From contig JALNKA010000011.1 in assembly GCA_023261815.1 (NCBI GenBank), positions 1-28,199 of the forward strand: DNA of 28,199 nt. Direction: 5' to 3'. How positions within the stretch are numbered: the stretch's first letter is position 1; the number at the start of each line of letters is the position of its first letter. The position numbers were made by a program, and so were the translations under genes. This DNA comes from Candidatus Wolframiiraptor sinensis. GTDB taxonomy: Archaea > Thermoproteota > Nitrososphaeria_A > Caldarchaeales > Wolframiiraptoraceae. A model generated the notes under the pieces. It searched no databases. It was not told the DNA's origin and saw only the letters and a program-made list of their open reading frames with translations. Shown one piece after another: positions 7,187 to 16,554 of the stretch.

Positions 7187-8158
7187 GTGCGGGGCTTGAG
7201 GAGGATTGGGATCGTTACGAGCGGCGGCGACGCGCCCGGCATGAACGCGGCGATAAGGGCCATCGCCAGGCTCGCGGCGTGGAGCGGCATGGAGGTCATC
7301 GGGTTCGAGAGGGGCTGGAGCGGCGTGATCAGGAACGAGTATGTATTGCTGGAGCCTAGGGCTGTTAGCGGCATACTCCACCTCGGCGGAACGATATTGA
7401 AGACGAGCAGGTGCCCGGAGTTCAAGACCAGAGAGGGCGTCGAGAAGGCGGCGAGAAGCATAGCCGAAGATGACCTCGATGCCCTGATAGTGATAGGCGG
7501 CGATGGCTCGATACGCGGAGCACATGAGCTGAGCAAGCTCACCGACGCGGCGATAATAGCTCTACCCGCCTCAATAGACAACGATGTATACGGGACGGAT
7601 GAGACGATAGGATTCGACACCGCCGTCAACACGGCTTTGACGGAGATAAACAAGATCAGGGATACCGCGGTATCGCTTGAGAGGACGTTCATAGTGGAGG
7701 TGATGGGAAGGAATAGGGGCTTCCTGGCCTCCGAGATCGGATTAACCGCCGGAGCAGAGGTAATTCTCGTTCCGGAGATACCGTATAACGAGGAGGTGAT
7801 CTTGGAGAGGCTTAGAAGGGATGCAGCCAAGGGCAAGAGATCGAGCATAATAGTTATCGCTGAAGGGGTTGGGAAGACGAGGGAGCTCGCGGAGGCCATA
7901 GAGAGAAAGGTCGGGGTTGAGGTCAGGATAAGTATCCTCGGATATGTTCAGAGGGGCGGGAGCCCGACAGCTAGAAGCAGGCACCTCGCATCAGTCTTCG
8001 CGGAGAAGGCTATAGAGCTGCTGCTCGACGGCGAGAGGAGCAGGGTCGTCGGGATACAGGGTGGGAGAATAACCTCGGTAAGCCTGGCGGAAGCATGCAG
8101 CAATCAGAAGCCGCTCAACCTGGAGATACTGAAACTCGCCGAGAAGCTCGCAATATGA
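7187..8158 (+). CDS. pfkA: ATP-dependent 6-phosphofructokinase (PfkA family)
   Basis: TSGGDAPGMNAAIR, GGTILKTSR, IGGDGS, SIDND, GFDTA, EVMGR, LGYVQRGG. Confidence 0.92.
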   Translation: MRGLRRIGIVTSGGDAPGMNAAIRAIARLAAWSGMEVIGFERGWSGVIRNEYVLLEPRAVSGILHLGGTILKTSRCPEFKTREGVEKAARSIAEDDLDALIVIGGDGSIRGAHELSKLTDAAIIALPASIDNDVYGTDETIGFDTAVNTALTEINKIRDTAVSLERTFIVEVMGRNRGFLASEIGLTAGAEVILVPEIPYNEEVILERLRRDAAKGKRSSIIVIAEGVGKTRELAEAIERKVGVEVRISILGYVQRGGSPTARSRHLASVFAEKAIELLLDGERSRVVGIQGGRITSVSLAEACSNQKPLNLEILKLAEKLAI

Positions 8159-8208
8159 GAGCCCGGAAAAGCGCAATTTCATATTCAACAAACTCTCCAG
8201 CTAATCGA

Positions 8209-8283
8209 GGAGATGATGAGCGCGTCCTTCTCTGAGCATGAGGCGCGATGAAGAGGGGGCGATGGAAGAAGCTGATCCCCCTC
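8209..8283 (+). ncRNA. Candidate box C/D sRNA
   Basis: C box ATGATGA 8213-8219, D' CTGA 8232-8235, C' ATGAAGA 8248-8254, D CTGA 8272-8275, in the gap between convergent genes. Confidence 0.55.
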
Positions 8284-8315
8284 CGATGCGGAGCACATTG
8301 ATTATTTGATCGCTG

Positions 8316-8894
8316 CTACGGCTTCTCTCCTAGGATCTCGTGGGCCTTCGGCCACTCGACATTATAGAGCTCTGGGTTCAGCCTCGGGATGAGCGCCGAT
8401 ACTATCGCCTGCGCGCACAGGTCTATTCTCCTAACGCGGTCTCGCGTCAGGTATCCCACAGCTCCGCCCTTGCGCCCGATCTCCCTGATCCCCGAGATCT
8501 CCTCCATGACCTCCTCAGCCTCCCGAGCCCTTCCACCCAGTATCCTCTCCACGACGATTACCGGAAACTCGAGTGTCATGCTGAACCCGAGAGTAACCCT
8601 CTCCTCGGAGTCGATTATCGCGCACACATGCTGATCGGCGTATCCCGTGATGCTGTGCAGGACCCTCATGAGCCCAGCCTCTATCCCGACTCCGAGATCA
8701 GCATCAGCCTTCCTCAAGGCCTCCCACGCCCTTATGACAGCCCCCCTAATAGTCTCCTCGAAGCCTATGGGCTGCGGCGGAACATCGACCGAGATGGGCG
8801 CGACTTCCACCACGCCGAAGAACTTCTCGAAGCACATTTTCACGGCCTCTATCTTGACCTCGTTCATCGAGCCGACTCCAACACGCATGACCAT
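8316..8894 (-). CDS. yjjX: Inosine/xanthosine triphosphatase (DUF84/YjjX)
   Basis: VGSMNEVKIEAV, QPIG.EET..GA..RA, GVGIEAG, GAVGYLT. Confidence 0.88.
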   Translation of the reverse strand: MVMRVGVGSMNEVKIEAVKMCFEKFFGVVEVAPISVDVPPQPIGFEETIRGAVIRAWEALRKADADLGVGIEAGLMRVLHSITGYADQHVCAIIDSEERVTLGFSMTLEFPVIVVERILGGRAREAEEVMEEISGIREIGRKGGAVGYLTRDRVRRIDLCAQAIVSALIPRLNPELYNVEWPKAHEILGEKP

Positions 8895-8919
8895 AACGCT
8901 CGATAAACCTGACCAGTAA

Positions 8920-9858
8920 TTATACGTCGCGCGCTTTCCCAGCCTCTTTGATCAGCTTCCTCAGCCCATCTTCCAAGCTTATTCTCGGGCTCCAGCCGAG
9001 CACCTTCCTGACCAGGGATATGTCGGCATAGCTATCCCTTATGTCGCCAGGCCTGGGCGGAGCATGAATCGGCTCAGCATCCATACCATAGAGCCTGGTC
9101 ATGATGCGGGCGAGCTCGATGATCTTGACCGGCCTACCAGACCCCAAATTAACTATGGTGGCTCTTTCCAAAGGGATTTCGAGAGCCCTGATGAATGCCT
9201 CCACAACATCATCCACGTGAATGAAGTCTCTCGTCTGATTTCCATCCCCGAATATGATCGGAGGCCTTCCTTCGCTCAGCCTCTCCATGAACTTCGTTAT
9301 GACGCCGGCATACTCGGGCCTCTGACCAGGCCCATAAACGTTGAAGATCCTGAAGATCAAGGACTTCTCCCGGCCCATGAAGCCCGATACGACGTATTCC
9401 TCGCTCATGAGCTTCGAGAGGCCATAGGGTGAGAGCGGTCTCGTGGGATGATCCTCGGCAACTGGGAGCTTAACGGGCTCGCCGTATACCGCTGCGCTGC
9501 TCGCGTGCACGAGCCTGTTCACTCCGGCCTTATTAGCGGCATCAACGAGCTTTTTAGTGCCCTCCGCGTTCACCTCCATGTAGAGCTCCGGAAGCCTCAT
9601 GCTCTCCTCGACGCTTATCAGAGCAGCCAAGTGAATCACGGCATCAGGCCTGACATCGGATAGGACATCAAGCACTGCAGCCCCATCCCTGATATCCGCT
9701 TTATGGAAGAGCATGCCACGATTCTTGAGCATCCTGATTTTCTCAAGGGATCCTCTGCTCAAGTCATCAAGACCGTGAACCTCAATCCCGAAATCCAGTA
9801 GCCTTTGACAAAGGCGTGAGCCTATGAAGCCCGCCGCGCCCGTCACCAGAACCCTCAA
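8920..9858 (-). CDS. NAD-dependent nucleotide-sugar epimerase/dehydratase (GalE-like)
   Basis: TGAAGFIG, HLAA, SSAAVYG, YGLSK, NVYGP, RDFIHV. Confidence 0.92.
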   Translation of the reverse strand: MRVLVTGAAGFIGSRLCQRLLDFGIEVHGLDDLSRGSLEKIRMLKNRGMLFHKADIRDGAAVLDVLSDVRPDAVIHLAALISVEESMRLPELYMEVNAEGTKKLVDAANKAGVNRLVHASSAAVYGEPVKLPVAEDHPTRPLSPYGLSKLMSEEYVVSGFMGREKSLIFRIFNVYGPGQRPEYAGVITKFMERLSEGRPPIIFGDGNQTRDFIHVDDVVEAFIRALEIPLERATIVNLGSGRPVKIIELARIMTRLYGMDAEPIHAPPRPGDIRDSYADISLVRKVLGWSPRISLEDGLRKLIKEAGKARDV

Positions 9859-9975
9859 AATCGTGATGCAGAATCGTGCGGAGGGATATTAAGATCCTCT
9901 CAGGCGCGTCCCGGCATTTTAACGAATATTCACTCACAAGGAATAAAGCTCCCCGCCGCCCACAATATATTGGGC

Positions 9976-10143
9976 ATGTGCAATCACTCCCGCCTCACAT
10001 ATCTCGGCTCTCAGAAAGCTTACGAGGGTTACAATTACTACTTCAAATGCCTCGAATGTGGAGCGGTTCTAATAAAGCTCCCCTCTGGAAAGATCTTCCA
10101 GGTGGGCGGCAGAAAGGCGGAGCTAAAGGCTCCAGCGGTTTAA
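9976..10143 (+). CDS. 55-aa putative Zn-ribbon small protein (below the ORF-track cutoff)
   Basis: MCNHSRLTYLGSQKAYEGYNYYFKCLECGAVLIKLPSGKIFQVGGRKAELKAPAV; CxH...CxxC; fills the intergenic gap. Confidence 0.65.
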   Translation: MCNHSRLTYLGSQKAYEGYNYYFKCLECGAVLIKLPSGKIFQVGGRKAELKAPAV

Positions 10144-10154
10144 GCGCATTGAAC

Positions 10155-11231
10155 CTATTTTTTCTCCCCGCGATAATGAGTAAGCACCGCCCTGAGATTC
10201 TCGAGCTCTCTTTCTATCGCCCGCTCATGGATCTCGGTGAACCACTCCTGGCCCCTCGAGATTCTCCAGAGCTTCTCGATGAGCGCTATGCTATTCGTTA
10301 AATGCTTCTCTATGTCGCCGGGCTCATAATCATATCCGGTGTAGAGTGTTGTCTGCCTCGCAGACCAGTCTCCCGGCTGATCCGCCCCCGGAATATACTC
10401 GGGAAGATACCTATTGAACGCCTCGTAGCTCGTGATCCCGCCGAGAAGCTTCAACTCGCCTCTCTCAGAGTAGTAGCTCTCGTCTGGGCCATAGAGCGGC
10501 ATGTCGTAGAGGTTGTAGCAGAGGGCGGTTAAGTTTCCAATCGCGAAGAAGTATGTCCTCCTGAATCCCAGCCTCGAGGCCGTTTCATGTATCATCCTCA
10601 GCCCGTCGATCGATATGAAGCCGTAGACGATGAGCTCCTCGAGCGCCGAGTTCCTCTCCTCCGCAACCTCGGCCAGCCTCTCGAGGGACGCTCTCCCGGT
10701 TCTCCCACTCGCCTCGGTATCGGGCTTCAAGACTATGAGAAGCTCCCTTCTCGGAAGCTCCGAGAAATCCTCGTAAACTATCTCTATCCTTCTCTCATCC
10801 GCCGCATGGTGAGCCCTGTATGAGGGGATCACGTAGCGGGGCCTTATCCAGACCTCCCTAAACCCGAGCCCGATTTCTCTTAATGCTTCATGAAGCCTGT
10901 ATCCGGGCGCGGCCCTCAGCACGTGCTCGAAGACTATCGCATCCGCGCGATACTCCCTTAGGCGTGTCAGCTGAGTTATCGCTTTCGCGGCATCTCTCGC
11001 GCAGGCTAGAGCCAGCTCCTCCAGCCTCTCACCAACTATATGCGGGTGGCATGCGATCTCCCTCCCCGCCTCGCAGTCAATTATGTATGCCTCGCAGCTC
11101 CTTGGGAGGCCCTTAACCCTGTAAACCCTGCTTCCCGGCGATAACCCCTCCACGCGAACATCCTCAGTGGAATCCACTTTAACGTTGAAGATCTCGATGA
11201 GCTTATCAGCGAGGCTGCCGTCGGATCTCAT
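10155..11231 (-). CDS. Hypothetical protein with a divergent phosphoribosyltransferase (UPRT-like) signature
   Basis: 358 aa; HVLRAAPG resembles the UPRT motif ILRAG; LIVLKPDTEASGRTG resembles a PRPP-binding loop. Confidence 0.55.
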   Translation of the reverse strand: MRSDGSLADKLIEIFNVKVDSTEDVRVEGLSPGSRVYRVKGLPRSCEAYIIDCEAGREIACHPHIVGERLEELALACARDAAKAITQLTRLREYRADAIVFEHVLRAAPGYRLHEALREIGLGFREVWIRPRYVIPSYRAHHAADERRIEIVYEDFSELPRRELLIVLKPDTEASGRTGRASLERLAEVAEERNSALEELIVYGFISIDGLRMIHETASRLGFRRTYFFAIGNLTALCYNLYDMPLYGPDESYYSERGELKLLGGITSYEAFNRYLPEYIPGADQPGDWSARQTTLYTGYDYEPGDIEKHLTNSIALIEKLWRISRGQEWFTEIHERAIERELENLRAVLTHYRGEKK

Positions 11232-11302
11232 CCTCTTCTGCTCCCTGCCTCAGGTGGATTTCAGCCCATATTAAAGCCCGAGTTCGCCGAGCATGCATGA
11301 GG

Positions 11303-12670
11303 CTACGCCGCGTCAGGAGATTCATCGAGGTTTGATGCTTCTTGGCCACGCCCACTCCGCTCCAAGATCTTCCCCGGATTATCCCTCACAGGCAAGTAGA
11401 CCTTCTCGTAAAAGTCTCGCTGGCTTCTGAGAACGTCTTCCGGGAACCCCTTGACATACTCGACGGCAGCAACCCAAAACTTCTCGAAGCTCGACCCGAA
11501 TCTCGCTGCTATCATCCTATCGAAATCAACCGGCCTCTGAATCTGCCCGCCTATCATGAAGTATCCCCCGGGAGATCGATAAGCGATCTCGTCGCCCACC
11601 TTCTCCTCTATCTCCTCGCGCTCGGCGGGCTGACCCGCCCTCGAGCTCCCTCCAGGCCTCCTCGCGGACACGCCGCGCTTCTTAGCCCAAGCATAGAATA
11701 TTGCCCTATTCAGCCCGAAGGACTTGGCGAGATCAAGATCGCCCCTCAGCACGTAGTATCTCGCGGCTTGGAGAAGCCCCATGACTTGGAACCTGCCAAC
11801 CTGGCCGGCTCGAGCCGCGGGCGCCGCCCTCTCCTCCACCCCCTCCCCGCCTATCATAGTCCTCGATTCGCTCCTGATCTCGGCAAGAGCTTTCAGCGCC
11901 AGCTCATCTCCCTCGCCATCCTCAAATAAGTCCCAATCACTCCAATACCTGAAGCTATCCATCCTGGCCCAGTCAAGATCGAAGTTCTCAAGCTCATCGG
12001 GCTTGATCGTCACGGCGACTAGATCGAGCTCTCGATGGAGGCTTAGGGGCGCTGTGAAGACTCTCTGAACATCCATCAGGTTCTCGATCTTAATCCTCCT
12101 ATCACTCGACCTCGATCTATCGCACACTCTTTCGAGCTCATCTCTCGCGCGCGTAAGAACATATTCTGCTATCGCGAATGAGATTCTCAGCGGCCCCATC
12201 TTCCAGATCTCACCACTCAACGCCTTTTCGTTCAGGTGGACGTGGATTCCCCGCCCGGACCAGACCAGGTAGATGGACTTCTCGACTCCCTCGCCTCTAA
12301 GAGTATCCACGAGTATCCCGGCCGCCTCCTTGATCAGATCCACCTCCTCCAGCGATCCATCGACATCCCAGCTCGGCGTGCTCATGAGAATATTATCCTC
12401 GGAGGAGACGTCTTCCTTTCGCTCAAGCCTCCTGTAAACATTCGCCGAGCCGTAGATCGTTCTCGGCACCCTATTTCCGAACCTGTTTATCAGCCTCTTC
12501 AAGTCGGCTGGCTCGCTTATCATGAGCGGTCTCCCATCAGGCCAATATCTGTAGAAGATTCGGTCACCGCCGCTAGACCGGCACTCCAGGGCAACCCATC
12601 TACCGGAGCAGAATCTCGAGATCTCCCTCGCGACATCCTCCCTCAAATAATGCCTCAGAGCGTGCTCCAT
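11303..12670 (-). CDS. Archaeo-eukaryotic primase (PriS/Prim-Pol-like) domain fused to an uncharacterised C-terminal domain
   Basis: WDVD (motif I), WSGRGIHVH (motif II), DVQRVFTAPLSLH (motif III); linker, then RFQVM..LQAAR...AKSFGLNRAIFYAWAK domain. Confidence 0.7.
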   Translation of the reverse strand: MEHALRHYLREDVAREISRFCSGRWVALECRSSGGDRIFYRYWPDGRPLMISEPADLKRLINRFGNRVPRTIYGSANVYRRLERKEDVSSEDNILMSTPSWDVDGSLEEVDLIKEAAGILVDTLRGEGVEKSIYLVWSGRGIHVHLNEKALSGEIWKMGPLRISFAIAEYVLTRARDELERVCDRSRSSDRRIKIENLMDVQRVFTAPLSLHRELDLVAVTIKPDELENFDLDWARMDSFRYWSDWDLFEDGEGDELALKALAEIRSESRTMIGGEGVEERAAPAARAGQVGRFQVMGLLQAARYYVLRGDLDLAKSFGLNRAIFYAWAKKRGVSARRPGGSSRAGQPAEREEIEEKVGDEIAYRSPGGYFMIGGQIQRPVDFDRMIAARFGSSFEKFWVAAVEYVKGFPEDVLRSQRDFYEKVYLPVRDNPGKILERSGRGQEASNLDESPDAA

Positions 12671-12772
12671 CCTCCGATCATATGATATGCTCTCGAGCGG
12701 GCTTTAACCTCAGGCAGGTTTAAGAGCAGAGGTCATACTTGAGGCATTATCGCCGTATCGTCTCCGGCGATC

Positions 12773-13948
12773 CTAGATCTTGGAGAGCGCCCTATCCAAG
12801 TCCTCCTTCAGGTCCTCGACATCCTCTAGGCCGACCGATAGCCTGAGGAGGTTCTCGCTTATCTCGAGCATCTCCATCTGCTCCCTGCTCATGTTCTTGG
12901 CCGCGGTCCAGATCGGATATGTTAGGAGGCTCTCGACGCCGCCAAGGCTCGGCGTGGGCTTAATCAGCTCCGTGCTCTTTAAGACCTCGATCGCCTCTCT
13001 CTGGCCTCCCCTCACCTTGAAGCTCAATACTCCTCCATAGAGCCTCCGCTTGAATATCCTATCCGCGATGCTCTTATATGGGCTGCTCGAGAGCCCGGGA
13101 TAGTAAACCCTCTCGATCTTCGGGTGGTCCTCGAGGAACTCGGCTATCTCGAGGGCACTCCTCGACTGCTTCTCGAACCTCGCCTCGAGCGTCGCCACCC
13201 CACGTATCGTGAGAAAAGCATCGAATGGGCTCATGATCGATCCGAGCTTCCTCCTCCAGTTCCAGAGGGTTTTCGCATCCTCCTCGCTTTTCACGATTAT
13301 CGCGCCGCCCACGACGTCGTTGTGGCCCGCGATGTATTTCGTCAAACTATGAACAGCGATCCAGGCCCCATCCTCGAGCGGGTTATAGAGTATCGGCGTG
13401 GTGAAAGTGTTATCGATGATTAATGGTATCCCGAGCTCGGCGCATCTCTTAGCGATCTCCTTGACGTCGGCAACCCTCACCATGGGATTTGTGATGGTCT
13501 CGACCAGCGCGAGTGAAATCCCATCCTCAAGCCTCTCGAGAAACTCATTCGTATCCGATCTGGCGAGAATGCACTTGACGCCGAATTTCGAGAGATTCTG
13601 GGCGAGCTCTTGCGTGGTCCCATAGCACTCAAGCGGCACCAGGATCTTCGAACCCGCGCTGAGCTTCGAGAGATAAGCGGCGGCGATCGCCGCCATACCG
13701 CTCCCGAAAGCGAGGCAATCAACGCCCTTCTCAAGCTTCGCCAAAATCTTCTCGAGAGCTCTAACCGTATAGTTCTCCTCCCTACTATACTTAAGATCTA
13801 GGCCGCGATCGCTAAGCCTAGGCTCGCCAGTTGCCGAGTCCGGATACTCGTATATGGCGGTCTGATATATGGGGACCTTAAATACCCCCCTCTCGCGATC
13901 CCTATACTCGTGCCCGTGAATCGCTTCAGTAGATATTTTTCGAGCCAT
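12773..13948 (-). CDS. Cystathionine gamma-synthase/lyase family PLP enzyme
   Basis: YSRE.N.T, FGSGMAAI, ETITNP, DNTF, HSLTKYIAGHND, SLGGVESL, RLSVGLED. Confidence 0.92.
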   Translation of the reverse strand: MARKISTEAIHGHEYRDRERGVFKVPIYQTAIYEYPDSATGEPRLSDRGLDLKYSREENYTVRALEKILAKLEKGVDCLAFGSGMAAIAAAYLSKLSAGSKILVPLECYGTTQELAQNLSKFGVKCILARSDTNEFLERLEDGISLALVETITNPMVRVADVKEIAKRCAELGIPLIIDNTFTTPILYNPLEDGAWIAVHSLTKYIAGHNDVVGGAIIVKSEEDAKTLWNWRRKLGSIMSPFDAFLTIRGVATLEARFEKQSRSALEIAEFLEDHPKIERVYYPGLSSSPYKSIADRIFKRRLYGGVLSFKVRGGQREAIEVLKSTELIKPTPSLGGVESLLTYPIWTAAKNMSREQMEMLEISENLLRLSVGLEDVEDLKEDLDRALSKI

Positions 13949-14035
13949 TTTGCAGATGTTTCAAATGTAATCGGATGTTCATAAACATTTATAATCAGAT
14001 ATTCCAACAGGAATCATTGAGGGGACGGCTGCTCC

Positions 14036-14611
14036 TTGGAGAGGCTCTGGGATCTCGAGTCCCTCGCGAAGCTCAGAAAGAGGCTTGGATTGAGTCAGAG
14101 GGAGCTTGCGAGAATGTCGGGGGTCAGCCAGTCTCTGATCTCGAAGATCGAGCGCGGCAGGATCAATCCCTCCTATGAGGCTGTTAGGCGGATTCTCCAA
14201 GCTCTCGAGATGGCTAGAGCTGAGAGGGGCGCCAAGCTCCTGGCCAAGGATATCTGCACGAGGGACGTTATCTGCGTGGAGGCATCCGATCAATTGAGCA
14301 AGGCAATAAACCTGATGAGGAGGCATGGGATATCGCAGCTCCCTGTTCTCAGGAATGGCATCCTCATCGGAAGCATCTCAGAGTCATCGATAATGAGGAA
14401 GCTCGAGAGGATAAGGTCCACGGAAGTGCCGGTGGGCGAGATAATGGATGAGGCTTTTCCGATGATACCCGAGGAGGCTTCTCTAAGCCTTGTCAGGCAG
14501 CTCCTCCAAGAATATCCGGCGGTGCTCCTCCAGAGGGATGGAAGGATAACGGGGATCGTGACAAAGGCCGATCTATTCAAGGTGCTGGACTCGAGGGTCG
14601 AGGAGCTTTAA
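14036..14611 (+). CDS. XRE-HTH + CBS-pair transcriptional regulator
   Basis: [26 protein letters not shown] followed by two CBS repeats (ISQLPV, GIVTKAD). Confidence 0.9.
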   Translation: MERLWDLESLAKLRKRLGLSQRELARMSGVSQSLISKIERGRINPSYEAVRRILQALEMARAERGAKLLAKDICTRDVICVEASDQLSKAINLMRRHGISQLPVLRNGILIGSISESSIMRKLERIRSTEVPVGEIMDEAFPMIPEEASLSLVRQLLQEYPAVLLQRDGRITGIVTKADLFKVLDSRVEEL

Positions 14612-14838
14612 CGCGCTTCCCCGGCCTCGCTCACAGCCCTCAACAGCATCTTCAGGGCCTCGACATTCTCCCTCCTGCAGCTCTTGCGCCTCTCATCGAC
14701 GTATACCCCGAGCTTCCTCGCCTGCTGGATCGTTATTCCCGCCTCCCTCAGCTCATTCACGCTGAAGCCCCTGCCACTTCTCTCGATAATCCTACCATTC
14801 CTGAGCTTTCTCCTGACAACTGGGATGGGCAGGCTCAT
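14608..14838 (-). CDS. rpl13e: 50S ribosomal protein L13e
   Basis: GRGFS..ELREAG....ARKLG..VDERRKS...NVEAL. Confidence 0.92.
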   Translation of the reverse strand: MSLPIPVVRRKLRNGRIIERSGRGFSVNELREAGITIQQARKLGVYVDERRKSCRRENVEALKMLLRAVSEAGEAR

Positions 14839-14953
14839 CCCCCACCCCCCAGCAAGAGATACCTGCTCTCTTGAGATTCGCGGGCTTGAGGCTGGATTTA
14901 GCCCTAACGCCCCCGGGATAAAGCTTCCCCGCTCCTTTGAATCGCCTCGCGTG

Positions 14954-15361
14954 CTATGGACTCTGCCTCCTCTTCCAGACCTCCACTCTCGCGCCCTCGA
15001 CCCTCACAATATCTCCCCTCGAGATCAAGCTGATATCCACCTCATCCACGCACGGTATCTCGGCTATTATTGCTCCGACGGCGATTATGGGCTCGCACCT
15101 TTGATTTACTATGGCCTTCGGCGCTAGGCCACGCCTCCTCAGCCTGAGAAGAATGTATGATCCGACGGTCGAGCCCTTCCCATATGGAAAGACGAGTATC
15201 TTGTCGGCGATCACCTCTCCCTCGAGCTCATGTCCTCTCTCGATTATTCTACCGGTCTCGGGATCCACGCCGCCGTAGAAGCTTATGGGCTGCCGGGTCG
15301 TCAGCGCCTCGCCCTCAGCGCGCCCCTCCCTAATCACCCTGCCCTCGAGAACAATCCTCAT
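14954..15361 (-). CDS. Aconitase X swivel subunit (DUF126); probable phosphomevalonate dehydratase small subunit
   Basis: [31 protein letters not shown]. Confidence 0.88.
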   Translation of the reverse strand: MRIVLEGRVIREGRAEGEALTTRQPISFYGGVDPETGRIIERGHELEGEVIADKILVFPYGKGSTVGSYILLRLRRRGLAPKAIVNQRCEPIIAVGAIIAEIPCVDEVDISLISRGDIVRVEGARVEVWKRRQSP

Positions 15362-16554
15362 CTCACAGCATCCTCCACGAGCTCTTGCAGGGGCTTGAGC
15401 TGAACCCTGACGCCGTGAATATTTCTCAGATAGTATGCGGCCTTGGAGGAGTTTGTGATGATGGTCTTTACCCCGAGCCTTCTAAGGGGCGCGACAACCG
15501 GGCACGTATCGCAGTAAACCTTGACTCCGATCTCCTCCAGCTTCTCGAGTAATCCTATCTTTTCGGCCTGAGCCTTGACTGCCCTTGAGGCGAATACCCA
15601 GAGCCTCCGCCCAATCCTCCTGCCGCCCAGCAGCAAATACAGCTCCGTGAGCTCTTCGATCGAGGCGTGGGGGCATCCGATGAATATCAGGTCGGGATCC
15701 TCTAAGCTCTCGCTGAGCAGCTCGATCTCCTCCCGCAGATCCTTCTCCGTTACCTCGATCTCTTCTTCGGCGTGCATCCCGGAATATCTATGCGCCTCCG
15801 GAGTGATCCCCTCAACATGGAAGAGCGCTATCCCTCCAGAGGACGCGAGGCCGGCGCCGAGAGCCTTGAGCTGATCCCTTGAAACCGCTCCAAGCCCCTT
15901 GAAGAATGGGACACCGCTTCCCAGCATCCTCCCAACGCGGTAGCCGAGAGCCGATGCCTCTAGTTCACTGCTTATCCTCGGAGCTCTTATGAGCATGGTG
16001 GGCGCCCTGTTTTCATCGAGGTGAAGGCCGTATAGCGGCGTCCTGCCAGCGATCGCGGCCGCGAGAGCGCTAGGCCCGCCCTCGCGATTAGTCCTCGCGC
16101 CAAGAACCGAGTTCGCGTAGATTACTGCTGAGCTCTCGCTCCACGCTACGTGGTCTCCGAGCCCTGGGATGTTGCCGGCGAGATATGGCGTGCAGGTTAG
16201 CGTCGGCTCGATTCCGAGCTTTAGATAAGCCTCGATAACCTTCAGCTGCTTATCCGCGAAGTCCTCTGGAACACCCATCTCGGCCCACTCCTCTAAGTCC
16301 ATGCCGCATGGGTTCAAGGTCGTGGGAACCCTGACCTTGCCATCTTCCGCGAGCTTGAGAAGAAACTCCAGCCCCTCCTCACCCAGATTAGCATATGAAA
16401 CTCCGGAGATCTGCGCGCTCCTTATCTCGATCAGTCGCTCAGCTCCATAGATCTTGCCGAGCGCGACGAGTATCTCCATGGCCTTCTGGGCGGCGTAGCC
16501 GTGCTCGCCCGCCAGCATCTCCTCTTCAAGCCTCGTCAAATACATCTCGGTCAC
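15358..16554 (-). CDS. Aconitase X catalytic subunit (DUF521); probable phosphomevalonate dehydratase large subunit
   Basis: ISGVSY.N, TCTPY, WSESSA..YANSVLGARTNRE, GCPH, DTCPVV, TNSSK. Confidence 0.9.
   Translation of the reverse strand: MTEMYLTRLEEEMLAGEHGYAAQKAMEILVALGKIYGAERLIEIRSAQISGVSYANLGEEGLEFLLKLAEDGKVRVPTTLNPCGMDLEEWAEMGVPEDFADKQLKVIEAYLKLGIEPTLTCTPYLAGNIPGLGDHVAWSESSAVIYANSVLGARTNREGGPSALAAAIAGRTPLYGLHLDENRAPTMLIRAPRISSELEASALGYRVGRMLGSGVPFFKGLGAVSRDQLKALGAGLASSGGIALFHVEGITPEAHRYSGMHAEEEIEVTEKDLREEIELLSESLEDPDLIFIGCPHASIEELTELYLLLGGRRIGRRLWVFASRAVKAQAEKIGLLEKLEEIGVKVYCDTCPVVAPLRRLGVKTIITNSSKAAYYLRNIHGVRVQLKPLQELVEDAVR

Noticed and set aside
7081-7899. 272-aa antisense ORF over pfkA, and the many similar shadow ORFs elsewhere
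   Set aside because: Antisense or alternate-frame shadows of well-supported GC-rich genes, with no motifs.
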